Source: Ignavibacteriota bacterium (GTDB lineage: Bacteria; Bacteroidota; Ignavibacteria; UBA10030; CAVZMI01). From it: DNA of 64,000 nt. The notes below the pieces were generated by a model. That model did not search any database. It was not told the origin of the DNA and worked only from the letters and a program-made list of their open reading frames with translations. Positions 44,151 to 54,340 of this stretch are shown here, piece by piece (position 1 is the stretch's first letter; every line of letters begins with the position of its first letter). The stretch spans positions 96,001-160,000 of the forward strand of contig CAVZMI010000015.1 in the NCBI GenBank assembly GCA_963776275.1, in the 5' to 3' direction. Position numbers and translations under genes: made by a program.

Positions 44151-46527
44151 ATGATCCTCGGCAGTATTCTTATTATTGTTGCACTCTGTGCGGCAATTTT
44201 CTCTGGCTTGCAATATTTATGGATTGAATTATTTGTATCTGATGTAATGAAAAATCCACGCGGGCGTTTATATGTCCGCGTCGGTTTTACCATTTTAATT
44301 GTTATTACATCACACATTATCGCTTATGCCCTGATCACTCATCAATTTATTGGTGCACTCTGTGCAACAATATTCTTTGGTTTGCTATTATATTTTTTAA
44401 TTAAATTATTTGCATTGGCAGATGCAATAAAAAATCCGCGCGGGCATTTATATGCACGCGTTAGTTTTACCATTTCAACTTTTGCTGTTGGCACTGCGTC
44501 GGTCATTCTCATCTATGCCCTGGTCACGCATCAATTCCAGGTTTCGTATGTCTCGCAATATAGTTCGCTCAACCTGCCGCTGGGATATCTCATTTCGGCG
44601 TTCTGGGCGGGTCAGCAGGGTACATTCCTTCTCTGGATTTTATTGATATCGGTCATGGGGCAGGTGTTTATCAGAACAGCCAGGCAATTTGAAAATTATG
44701 GAATGCTGTTCATTAATATTATTCAGGCCTTGCTCCTTGCGATATTGGTGAAAAGAAGTCCGTTCGAATTACTGCAGCATGTTCCTCCTGACGGTGCAGG
44801 TTTAAACCCGCTTCTTCAAAGCCCATGGATGGTGGTTCATCCGCCGATTCTCTTTATCGGATACGCCGCCATGGCGTTTCCTTTTGCAATAGCACTCGCG
44901 GCACTCTCACGGCGTGAATATGGGTCGTGGATCTATAAAGCACTTCCGTGGGCGCTCTTTACGGCGGTGATGCTCGGTGCCGGTATTGTCATAGGCGGAT
45001 TCTGGGCATACGAAGTGCTCGGCTGGGGCGGATACTGGGGATGGGATCCGGTGGAAAACTCTTCGCTTATTCCACTGCTCACGGTTCTTGCACTGGTGCA
45101 CGGTCTGCTGATTCAAAAAAACAAAGGAGCACTTCAACGGACAAATTTTTTTCTCGCCATACTCTCGTTCATCCTCGTTGTGTATGCAACTTTCTTAACA
45201 CGGAGCGGTATCCTTGCCGATTTTTCCGTTCATTCGTTTCAGGACCTCGGTATAAATACATTTCTCATTCTCTTTGCCGTTGTCACCACGTTATTTGGTG
45301 CCGGGATGCTCGGTCTCCGGTTCGGTGAAATACCCGCTGCACGGATCGATAGTAGTTCACTCAATCGCCAGAACGCACTTTTTTTCAGCATGTGTGTTCT
45401 TTGTGCATCGGCTCTTGTCACCTGGGTGGGAACATCACTCCCGATCATCACAAAATTGTTTGGAAAAATATCGCAGGTTGATATAGCATTTTACAATAAA
45501 GTAAACCTGCCGATCGGGATTCTCATGGCGCTGTTGCTCGGGATTACCCCATGGTTGATGTGGAAAGAGGATGGATATTTCAATGCACTTCGCAGATCGA
45601 TAGTTCCTTTTATTCTCGGAATCCTTACGGCGATATTTTCCTTGATCGCAGGAATTACGGAAGTGGAGTTTCTTCTCTTTGCATTTGCGAGTGGATTTGC
45701 ATTCTGGACGAACCTCCATTTTGCGGGTCCGAAATTGGAAAAACGGATGGCTCACAATCGGTGCACCCCTTTCGCATATTGGCGTATCGTTGATGCTTAT
45801 TGGCATCATTGTCTCGGGTCAACTTACAAAGACGAAACAGATAGTTCTTACACGAGACGTACCAGGACAAATCTTCGGGTATACTTTTGTATATAACGGT
45901 ATGACAGCCGGAGAAGACGGGAAAGACCGACTCAATATGAAATTTTCCACACCCGGTGGTTCGGAATATTCTGCTGTCCCGAAGTTATATTTTAATACAA
46001 CATCGAACGGACTCATGCGCGAGCCCGAGATCCAGACCTTTCCACTTCAGGACATATATATTTCTCCGCTTGAGAAACCGGAACAGGAACGGAACGACCT
46101 TGTGTTGGGAAAGGATGAGACTGTCGATTTTAATAAATATCGGATACACTTTGTCGATTTCGAACTTGGAAATCATGGAAGTAGAGACAGCATCCGTGTA
46201 GCCGCAAGAATTGAAGTCACGGCAGAAGGAATTACAACTACGCTCTCGCCTGCTATGATCATTGCTAAGGGTAAACGAAAAGCCGATGCGCTTTCCCTTC
46301 CTACGCTTTCATCAAAAGCAGGTGGAGGTGCATTCATAAGTCTTGAAGGTGTCGATGTCACGGCAAAATCGGTTCATCTGACGATTGCAGATGATAACTC
46401 CGATCAGGTGGTAGTTGAAGTAAGTATGAAACCGTTCATGAACGTACTCTGGCTGGGGGCGATTGTGATGGTCGTTGGCGTTGGAGTCGCAATTGTAAAA
46501 CGTCTCCAATGTGATCCGTTAATGTGA
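44151..46527 (+). CDS. ccmF: Cytochrome c biogenesis haem lyase CcmF/NrfE family; frameshift near 45720
   Basis: FWAGQQG, GLNPLLQSPWMVVHPP, WWD domain WAYEVLGWGGYWGWDPVEN, TFLTRSG; C-terminus in ORF 45679-46527. Confidence 0.9.
44180..44537 (+). repeat. Diverged tandem duplication within the ccmF 5' end
   Basis: Copies start TGCACTCTGTGC at 44180 and 44354; both encode ALCA.IF.GL...KNPRG.LY.RV.FTI...YAL.THQF. Confidence 0.85.
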
Positions 46528-46664
46528 TTGGGAGTAATGAGGAGAAGGAGAAATTCTGTAACAATCAGAAGTGAAAACGAGTCGTTATCTGAAAAAGAGA
46601 ATAGCAACGTTCTCTTCCGAAAATGGCCATAGGGTAAATTTTCAATAAAAAGGAAACAGTAATT

Positions 46665-49600
46665 ATGGAGTGCACTGGAATACAATATCGGTCTTGGCGA
46701 AACATTCTTTACCATTATCTATGGCTGTTTGTGGTGATTATTACAATCAATTCCCTTTGTCTATTTTCACAGCAGGTTGATCCGGGGTGGAATGTGATTC
46801 GCTCAACTCCATCGGAGTTGATTATCGAGTATCGTCCGGTATATCTCCCGTCGAAAGAGGTGCATATTGGTCAGCAAACTTTTACAACGATAGATTTTCT
46901 CGGATCCATTTCTTTTTCTTATCAGCATGAGGGATATCCCGATATTCGTTTCGCCAGCAGTTGCATCGGTGTTCCATCACGCACGATTCATACGACAATT
47001 ATTGCGGCAACATATGATGAGGTTCCCGGAATAAGTCTTCCTCCGATTCAAGTAATGGACGGCCGGATAAATGAAGCTGCAACCGAGAATAACCGGCAAA
47101 AAAATCCTGCATTCAATCAGGCGGCATATTCTTCGATGATATACTTGCCCGATACACTCGCACGTGTTATAGAAATCCGTGAAGTACAGCAAATGCTTGT
47201 GGCAAATATTGAAATCTTTCCTGTTCAATTCAATGCAGCGGCGCACAGTGTACGGAAATACAACCGAATTGTAATACAAATTCAATTTGGGATTCCAGCA
47301 GTCTATACTGTCCCAGCTGCATCCCCATCTCCGATTCTCTCGGTGATGTTGAATAAAGAGACGGCACGCAGTTGGAGAACCCGGCTGCCGGTCCTGAAAA
47401 AAGTACCGACCCCGAGTGTTCTCGCCAGTGGCGAGTGGTACAGGATTGAAGTAAAAAACACTGGTCTTTATAAACTCGATTATACGATGTTAAAAATTGC
47501 CGGTATAAATGTCGATCAAATCGACCCACGGACAATAAAAATTTATAATAACGGTGGAAGAGAACTCCCCGAACCTCTCTCGGTATCCCGCCCAAGTGAT
47601 CTTGTTGAAAACTCAATCCTGGTGAACGGTGAAGAAGACGGAAAATTCGATCCGACGGATGTCATTCTATTCTATGGAAGATCGCCCCGCGGGTGGACGT
47701 ACGATCAACTTAAAAAAACATTTCGTCATTATATCAACGATTATGCGGAATCAAATTATTACTGGTTGACATATAACGGGGTTCCCGGTAAACGGATGTC
47801 GGTCGTACCCGAAACGGAATCGCAAAATCCATATCGACCGTCGGGTATTGTCGGTAAAATCTTCTATGAAGAAGAAATGAACAAGATAATTCTCGGCGGT
47901 GCAGATGGATCCGGCCGCGCGTGGTATGGACCCAAATTGACCTCTCAGTTAAATTCACTTTCACGGCGAGAGACGCTCTCTGATGCCATTCCGGGAAATC
48001 CTGTCAGAATCAGAGTCAAAGCTGTGGGTCGTGCTGATCAGAGAACGACCATGCTTGTGTCGCAAGATAACAATGCTCTGGGCTCAATCGCCTTCTCTGC
48101 GGCGTCAAGTAGTGAGGAAGCGGATGAACCGGGACAAGTCGAATTTATTGGAAAAGTTCCTACAGGTACCGCTCAAACGATGATCCAATTCCAGTACGGG
48201 TGCCAAAGCGTTGCTGCAGAGGCTTATCTTGACTGGTATGATATCCTTTATTGGCGGGAGTCGCGTGCAATCAACGATGAATTACCGTTTGATGCACCTG
48301 ATACGAATGCAGTCGTTCTATACCACCTCGATGGATTTTCTTCGACAGATGTGAAGATTTTTGATGTTTCGGATTATGCTAATGTGAAAATCATGCAAAT
48401 GCATGCGGCGGCATTGACGGGGTATGAGCTACAGGTTCGGGCATCCTCCGGAAGCATATCGTCATATTTTGCCGTCGTATCGTCCGCATATAAAACACCC
48501 CTGGGCATTCAAAAAATGGCAAATTCGAACCTGCATGAGATCGATCCAAGTGCCGATTTGCTCATTATTACCCATAAAGATTTTTGGGATGCGGCATCAC
48601 GTCTGGCAACTTATCGAAATGCGGCTGGACGAAATTCCATGAAAACCGCAGTTGTCGACGTGGCAGATATATATAATGAATTTTCCTCAGGTCAATTGGA
48701 TCCGGTGGCGATCCGCGATTACATCCGACTTGCATACACTTCTTGGAAACATCCGCCAAAGTATGTTCTCCTCTTTGGAGATGGGACATATGATTTTAAA
48801 AATATTCTTGGCCGTGGACTGGAATGGATCCCGCCATATGAAACCGAAGAATCGCTTAATTACATTGACAGTTACACCTATGATGATTTCTATGTTATGC
48901 TTGATCTATACAGCAAGCTTCCAACAATTGCTATCGGACGGATTACATGCCGCTCACTCGATGAGGCCAATATATGGGTAGATAAAATTATCAACTATGA
49001 AACAAGTACGGATTTTGAAGAATGGAGAGACCTCCTGGTGTTTTGTGCCGATGACGGACTGAAATCGGAATCGCAAATAAACAGCGAGCCATATCATACA
49101 GAGGATACAGAGGCACTGAGCAATCTCTCTGCGTTAAAACGGTTTGATCAAAAAAAGATATATCTCGTTGAATATCCAACTGTGTTAAGTTCAAGCGGGC
49201 GCACAAAACCAGATGCAGCAGAAGCATTAATTAATCAGTGGAATCGCGGGGCATTGATGATCAGCTGGATGGGACACGGCAATCCAGAATATTGGGCTCA
49301 TGAACATGTTTTTGACCGGACAAAAACAATACCGCGATTAAACAACGGCAGTCGACTCCCTCTTGTTACTGCAGCGACATGCGATTTTGGACACTACGAC
49401 GCACTCGAGCAAAGTAGTGCTGAAGATCTGGCAAGCAGGAAAGAAGGAGGATCGATAGTCACAATTGCGACCTCACGTCCTGTCTTTGGTTCATTCAATG
49501 CAATGTTCATGATTTCATTGTATAAGGAATTACTCGGCCGGACCGATTCGATAGGACAAATTAGCCGTCTCGGCGACGCATGGATCCGGGCAAAACAAAA

Positions 49601-50738
49601 TCCTTCAGATCTCACAAACAACCAGAAATTTCTCATCATCGGAGATCCATCGATTCTTCCACTGGCACCACGAGCATTAATAGTAATCGATAGTATTAAC
49701 GCCATAGGCGCAGGTGAAACCGGCACGATTCTTATTCCAGCCCTGAAAAAGACAACAGTCCAGGGTCACCTTCGCCCGCCTCTTGACGTTCCGGGCACAC
49801 AACCGATGCAAGTTTCATTTGTTGTCAGAGATGGAAATAAGCATGTATCTCTTGTTGATGAATTGGACGGCCATTTTGATTTTAACAAATCCGGTGAAAT
49901 ACTTTTCCGAGGAATTGTTACGGTCCCGAATGGAAAATATACCGGCACATTTATCCCTCCTAAGGATATCTCGTACTCGGATAATAACGGACGCATCACC
50001 CTCTATGCCAATGATGGTACTCAGGATGCAGTAGGGTATTCAAATTCTATCTTGATAGGAGCTGTAGACAGCACGACAGTTACTGATACACAGGGACCAC
50101 AAATTTCGCTCTTCCTCCAGTCACGGAATTTCCAATCGGGCGATGTTGTCAATGAAAATCCCACACTCTATATCGATCTCTTTGATGAAAACGGTATCAA
50201 CCTTTCAACGGCAAGTATAGGTCACGGACTCGATATGTGGCTTGATGAAGCGTCGAAAAGTGTTCCTTTATCAGAATATTATCGCAGCGCACCCGATTCA
50301 TATCAAAAAGGGACAATTGAATACCCGCTTCAATCACTCTCATCAGGCGATCATACGCTGAAGGTGCGAGCTTGGGATGTGTTTAATAATTCAACAACAG
50401 CTGAAACAAAATTCCGGGTTGTATCGAGTGACGTATTCGTTGTAACCGATGTCATGAATTATCCAAATCCATTCTCGTCACAAACAACATTTACATTCAA
50501 TCAAAATCAGATCGAAGGCGTCGATGTCGAAGTAAAAATTTATACAGTTGCCGGCAGATTAATCCGAACATTGAAAGAACCGGGAATATCCGAGAGTTTT
50601 GTACGAATCCCATGGGATGGAACTGATGGAGATGGATCGCCGCTTGCCAATGGTGTCTATCTGTACAAGGTAATTGTGAAAACTGTAAGCGGTGATAAAA
50701 CGCAGGAAGTCCTTGGCAAACTGGCAGTCCTGAAATAG
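46665..50738 (+). CDS. porU: Type IX secretion system sortase PorU (C25 peptidase)
   Basis: SVLASGEWYRIEV, IYNEFSSG..DPVAIRD, GHG and ATC catalytic dyad, C-terminal NYPNPF...NGVYLYK CTD. Confidence 0.92.
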   Translation: MECTGIQYRSWRNILYHYLWLFVVIITINSLCLFSQQVDPGWNVIRSTPSELIIEYRPVYLPSKEVHIGQQTFTTIDFLGSISFSYQHEGYPDIRFASSCIGVPSRTIHTTIIAATYDEVPGISLPPIQVMDGRINEAATENNRQKNPAFNQAAYSSMIYLPDTLARVIEIREVQQMLVANIEIFPVQFNAAAHSVRKYNRIVIQIQFGIPAVYTVPAASPSPILSVMLNKETARSWRTRLPVLKKVPTPSVLASGEWYRIEVKNTGLYKLDYTMLKIAGINVDQIDPRTIKIYNNGGRELPEPLSVSRPSDLVENSILVNGEEDGKFDPTDVILFYGRSPRGWTYDQLKKTFRHYINDYAESNYYWLTYNGVPGKRMSVVPETESQNPYRPSGIVGKIFYEEEMNKIILGGADGSGRAWYGPKLTSQLNSLSRRETLSDAIPGNPVRIRVKAVGRADQRTTMLVSQDNNALGSIAFSAASSSEEADEPGQVEFIGKVPTGTAQTMIQFQYGCQSVAAEAYLDWYDILYWRESRAINDELPFDAPDTNAVVLYHLDGFSSTDVKIFDVSDYANVKIMQMHAAALTGYELQVRASSGSISSYFAVVSSAYKTPLGIQKMANSNLHEIDPSADLLIITHKDFWDAASRLATYRNAAGRNSMKTAVVDVADIYNEFSSGQLDPVAIRDYIRLAYTSWKHPPKYVLLFGDGTYDFKNILGRGLEWIPPYETEESLNYIDSYTYDDFYVMLDLYSKLPTIAIGRITCRSLDEANIWVDKIINYETSTDFEEWRDLLVFCADDGLKSESQINSEPYHTEDTEALSNLSALKRFDQKKIYLVEYPTVLSSSGRTKPDAAEALINQWNRGALMISWMGHGNPEYWAHEHVFDRTKTIPRLNNGSRLPLVTAATCDFGHYDALEQSSAEDLASRKEGGSIVTIATSRPVFGSFNAMFMISLYKELLGRTDSIGQISRLGDAWIRAKQNPSDLTNNQKFLIIGDPSILPLAPRALIVIDSINAIGAGETGTILIPALKKTTVQGHLRPPLDVPGTQPMQVSFVVRDGNKHVSLVDELDGHFDFNKSGEILFRGIVTVPNGKYTGTFIPPKDISYSDNNGRITLYANDGTQDAVGYSNSILIGAVDSTTVTDTQGPQISLFLQSRNFQSGDVVNENPTLYIDLFDENGINLSTASIGHGLDMWLDEASKSVPLSEYYRSAPDSYQKGTIEYPLQSLSSGDHTLKVRAWDVFNNSTTAETKFRVVSSDVFVVTDVMNYPNPFSSQTTFTFNQNQIEGVDVEVKIYTVAGRLIRTLKEPGISESFVRIPWDGTDGDGSPLANGVYLYKVIVKTVSGDKTQEVLGKLAVLK

Positions 50739-50881
50739 AAACGTTGTCTGCACCGTCGCCATATCCATTTCAGCGGAATTATAGAAGTAGGATTAGTCCG
50801 CTATGCGCATCGGTATCGCGAGTCGGGTGTAAATATACCCTCCGCCTTTCTGGAAGAAGAATGGGTAAGAATCAATCCGGA

Positions 50882-51379
50882 TCAACGAATATTGTTTATG
50901 CGGTTCTTCGCACTATCGTGATTACTTTTCATGATGTTCGGAATGAGCGTGAAACGCCGGTTTTCATCCGATAGTTTGTTCTCTAGACCGATGTACTTTA
51001 GGTAATAGGCCTGGTTCATCTCCCTCATAGTGTTTGTTTGGGTCTTCGGGTCATTGGTCTTCGTTTGTACAGCCTTATTCAGATCTGCCTGCCATCGATT
51101 GGCGAGATCATAAAGTCGTTGGCTGGAGTTTTTCAGCCACAGGGTAAAACGATTCGCCTCGGTTTGTTCGGAGGCGGGAAGATTCGCAGGAAGAGGTTGA
51201 TTTGCAAGTTCTTGCAGAGCCTTTGCCGTCTGCCGTAATATCTCGATTCGCTGCCTAGCAAATTTGGGTGTCTCCATTTGTTTGTCCTGTCCGAACGTCG
51301 TGCCGTCTATGACAGGTATAATAGCCAGTGAAGAGATTAAAATAAGGTTACATAGGAACGAAGTAGTTTTGGATTTCAT
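50882..51379 (-). CDS. Secreted helical hypothetical protein
   Basis: AGAGG RBS, signal peptide, C-terminus ENRRFTLIPNIMKSNHDSAKNRINNIR. Confidence 0.75.
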   Translation of the reverse strand: MKSKTTSFLCNLILISSLAIIPVIDGTTFGQDKQMETPKFARQRIEILRQTAKALQELANQPLPANLPASEQTEANRFTLWLKNSSQRLYDLANRWQADLNKAVQTKTNDPKTQTNTMREMNQAYYLKYIGLENKLSDENRRFTLIPNIMKSNHDSAKNRINNIR

Positions 51380-51439
51380 TTTTTCCTCTCTGTCTATTAC
51401 ACCATCGTGGGGACGTTGTCAACAGCGTCCCCACATTTA

Positions 51440-51623
51440 TGTACCGGTGGCCCGATTCGAAGCGATCTCAGTAAATTGTTCGAGAAAGTCTTCACGATTT
51501 CTATAGGTGACTTCAGCCGTAAAAGTGCAAGGTTTAAACGAAAATCATAATCGCAACAGAATCATAACTGCGACAATATCTTCCGCTCGTGAGAGTTATG
51601 GGATTGAGTTGCAGTTACGATTC
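51440..51623. repeat. Degenerate tRNA-Met 3'-end core plus element terminus, copy 1
   Basis: TGTACCGGtGGcccGATTCGAA resembles the tRNA 3' end; downstream sequence aligns with 52588-52770 and ends in inverted repeat GAATCATAACTGC/GCAGTTACGATTC. Confidence 0.75.
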
Positions 51624-51655
51624 TAATTGCACAGGATTCTTTCATCCGAATGTCA

Positions 51656-52255
51656 TTACTGGACTGCATATCCTGCAGGAACTTTGAATTTTTCTTCTGA
51701 TACTTTTACATTTTCCTCTACTTTAACAGCTTTTTGTAATGTTTCAACACTTGTTGTCTTAACATGTAAATACATCAGAATCTTATTCCAACCTCCATAT
51801 ACAGTGACGGTTCCTTTTCCATCATCCGAGCCGAATGACTCACAATTCTTTCCAGCAATAGACATTGCAGGCATTTTTTTTATCTTACCCGACTGACGGT
51901 CTTTTTCAGTTCCGAAATCCGTCCATTCTATGCGTAATTCAGTACCCCTATATGCATCGCCCCGCTTGTAAGCGATTTTTTTTGTAGGGCTCACTGAATA
52001 TAAACTTTTTCCGTTGCTAAAGTAGGTTTCTTCCAATTTATTATCTTTAGAAAACGTTTCTCTGCATTCCTTCATACCGTAATCGTCGAAATACACAATT
52101 GTATTCTTTTTAATTTCCATTGTACCCACTTTCATAGTCATATCATATTTTACGATACCGGACTTGATATCGTATTTTTTGATCTGACTCCTGAGCGGAG
52201 ATGCAAGCATTAAAAATGTTGCACAGAATAGTAAAAATATTGTATAGGTTTTCAT
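51656..52255 (-). CDS. Secreted beta-rich protein (DUF4412-like)
   Basis: AGGAGG RBS, signal peptide, YFDDYG, IAGKNC, FKVPAGY. Confidence 0.75.
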   Translation of the reverse strand: MKTYTIFLLFCATFLMLASPLRSQIKKYDIKSGIVKYDMTMKVGTMEIKKNTIVYFDDYGMKECRETFSKDNKLEETYFSNGKSLYSVSPTKKIAYKRGDAYRGTELRIEWTDFGTEKDRQSGKIKKMPAMSIAGKNCESFGSDDGKGTVTVYGGWNKILMYLHVKTTSVETLQKAVKVEENVKVSEEKFKVPAGYAVQ

Positions 52256-52587
52256 TCGACCTCCTGACAGAAAAATAGACGATTATTGACGATAAAACTA
52301 ATGAATCTCGGCACGAATGGCAAGCTTTTTTAGCTTCCCATGTTGAATATTCGTTTGGTCTGGAAAACTCTGAGAATATACATATAAATATAGAGCCCCT
52401 CATCATCCACAGACAAGGGCCTTTTTTATTTCGTCGTAATGTATCAGTATTCTTCAGGCGAAAGAATAATGAAAAAGCCGAACTAAAACGAATCCGGCTT
52501 TCTTCTGCGCACAAACAATACGCTGTTTTAAATCAACAGCGCTCCTTTAAACATTCACAATTCTGAACTCTGAATTCACTATTTACA

Positions 52588-52770
52588 TGTACCGGGGGAG
52601 CGTCTTAAAACGCTTTCAGCAAATTGTCCGAGAGAGTATTCACAATTCCGGTAGCCGACTTTAGCCGGAAGTCTCGAAAAATAAAGCAATAATCGTAACA
52701 GTAACAGGATCGTAACTGCGACAACGACTTGCGCTCGTGAGAGCTGTGGATCTGAGTGGCAGTTACGGTT
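52588..52770. repeat. tRNA-Met 3'-end core plus element terminus, copy 2
   Basis: Exact TGTACCGGGGGAG core; CGTAACTGC...GCAGTTACG inverted repeat; shares GCTCGTGAGAG with copy 1. Confidence 0.8.
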
Positions 52771-52851
52771 TTCCATTGTTCCCCACTTTAATCCATATCA
52801 TCCTTTTTACAGACTTAAAATAGACCACTTTGGGGGGAAGGTCAGATACCC

Positions 52852-52992
52852 TCACAGAATTCCGAATATTTTTAAAACTATCACGAGAACACCTAAAGCC
52901 ATCACACAGAGAAGAAATATCAGTATAAATTTTTTTCCAGGACTTAATTCATCGGTCATTTGTTGTTGCTTTGAAGAATCATTATGTGTCAT
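52852..52992 (-). CDS. Small 46-aa C-terminally anchored membrane protein
   Basis: GGGAGG RBS; MTHNDSSKQQQMTDELSPGKKFILIFLLCVMALGVLVIVLKIFGIL. Confidence 0.6.
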   Translation of the reverse strand: MTHNDSSKQQQMTDELSPGKKFILIFLLCVMALGVLVIVLKIFGIL

Positions 52993-53111
52993 GATAACCT
53001 CCCATTTGGTGGAACACGTTAAAATACAAATGACATCGACATTCATCTACCGTAGATGAAATCGACGTATTGCATTCCTGACTACTGAATAATACTGTTA
53101 TAGGAAGAATA

Positions 53112-53462
53112 TCATGATACAGGCGGGTCTCTGGAAAGGTATCGGAGATAGATAGCCTGCGTAAATTGATTAACCTCAGGCTGAATGGGAAGTAATACAG
53201 AGATTGAGTGAATCACCAATCCATCGACAGCAATGATCGCTGCGGAATGGACTGTGGTCTCCTGAAGGAGATGCTTCTGTGGGATTTGGAAACGATGTTC
53301 TTTCGGAATTGGATATTTTGAATCGTGAGTGGGCGAACCATAGGTATACGCACTGTCGATAACTATTGTCGTTTCTGATTTCACGGATTGACCGGCATAT
53401 ATGGTCGTCGGAAATCCGGCAATGACAAAAATAAATATACTATGGAGTAATACAGATTTCAT
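53112..53462 (-). CDS. Hypothetical exported protein ending in an RxPP motif
   Basis: Signal-like N-terminus, His-rich middle, C-terminal YLSRDPPVS*. Confidence 0.55.
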   Translation of the reverse strand: MKSVLLHSIFIFVIAGFPTTIYAGQSVKSETTIVIDSAYTYGSPTHDSKYPIPKEHRFQIPQKHLLQETTVHSAAIIAVDGLVIHSISVLLPIQPEVNQFTQAIYLRYLSRDPPVS

Positions 53463-53690
53463 TGCGAGAAGATAAGGAATTCCTGTTCTACAAACAATAC
53501 ATTTTTCAAATGGCTTTCTTGCTTAGATCTCTCTAAATCGATTATGTCAATGAATTTAGAGTGAAGAATGGAAGGTTGAAAAGGAAAAAGAAAAAAAGGT
53601 GAGAATTTAGATATGATAATTAAAGGGCGGTTTTACTTTAGCCAGCCACCGAAACATTCACAATTCACTACTCACAATTCACTATTGACT

Positions 53691-53835
53691 TGTACCGGGG
53701 GAGGGATTCTCCGCCGCAATGGACCGAGCTCTGGAGGCGGATCAGCCTCACCGATTTATAATGCGTGGCTGAGAATACATACCATCCCTTCGGGATGGTA
53801 GTACTGCTCGCTCCGCTTGCTGCCCACGACCTACG
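53691..53835 (-). repeat. att-like 35-bp duplicate of the tRNA-Met 3' end, interrupted by two hairpin inserts
   Basis: TGTACCGGGGGAGGGATTC [63 bp] GAA [47 bp] CCCACGACCTACG; with inserts removed it is identical to 59137-59171. Confidence 0.9.
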
Positions 53836-53934
53836 TATTTCAATACTAAGCACAAGACGATGCGGGAAAAATCTAATGCTAAATCACAGCCGAGTTTTTA
53901 TTCACAAGTCAATCTTCACAATTCACTATTTGTT

Positions 53935-53949
53935 TGTACCGGGGGAGCG
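53935..53949. repeat. Additional tRNA-Met 3'-end core
   Basis: TGTACCGGGGGAGCG, identical to 52588-52602, preceded by TTCACAATTCACTA. Confidence 0.75.
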
Positions 53950-54340
53950 CCATGTAACGTCGGGAAGAATTCTCACTCCCTCTTTTTTGCTCGAAACACC
54001 CACTTTTTGTTGGGAAGAGTCATCTTTTCGGATTAATGACAAATCATTCCTACCTGTTCGTCTTCTAGAACTGCCAAGCGGATACATTCACGGGAATCTG
54101 CCTTGTATCTTGTCTTTAAACTTGTTACAGCAATACAACAAAGGTTCAGAAAAATCAATGCTTATAAACCTGTAAATGAAACAATTAACCAATTAAAACT
54201 AAAATCTAAGCCCGGGTTACGGCGGGTCGCTTAATTATTTTTTAAAAAACTATTGACATTAACTCATTTTTATACTAATTATGGTTAATAAAATTAACTT
54301 GTTTATATTTGTATCAATATTTATTTTTAAACATAAAACA

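Noticed and set aside
53613-54175. ORFs 53613-53801, 53668-53853 and 53765-54175 as integrase remnants
   Set aside because: No tyrosine or serine recombinase motifs are visible; they span att repeats and are probably spurious.
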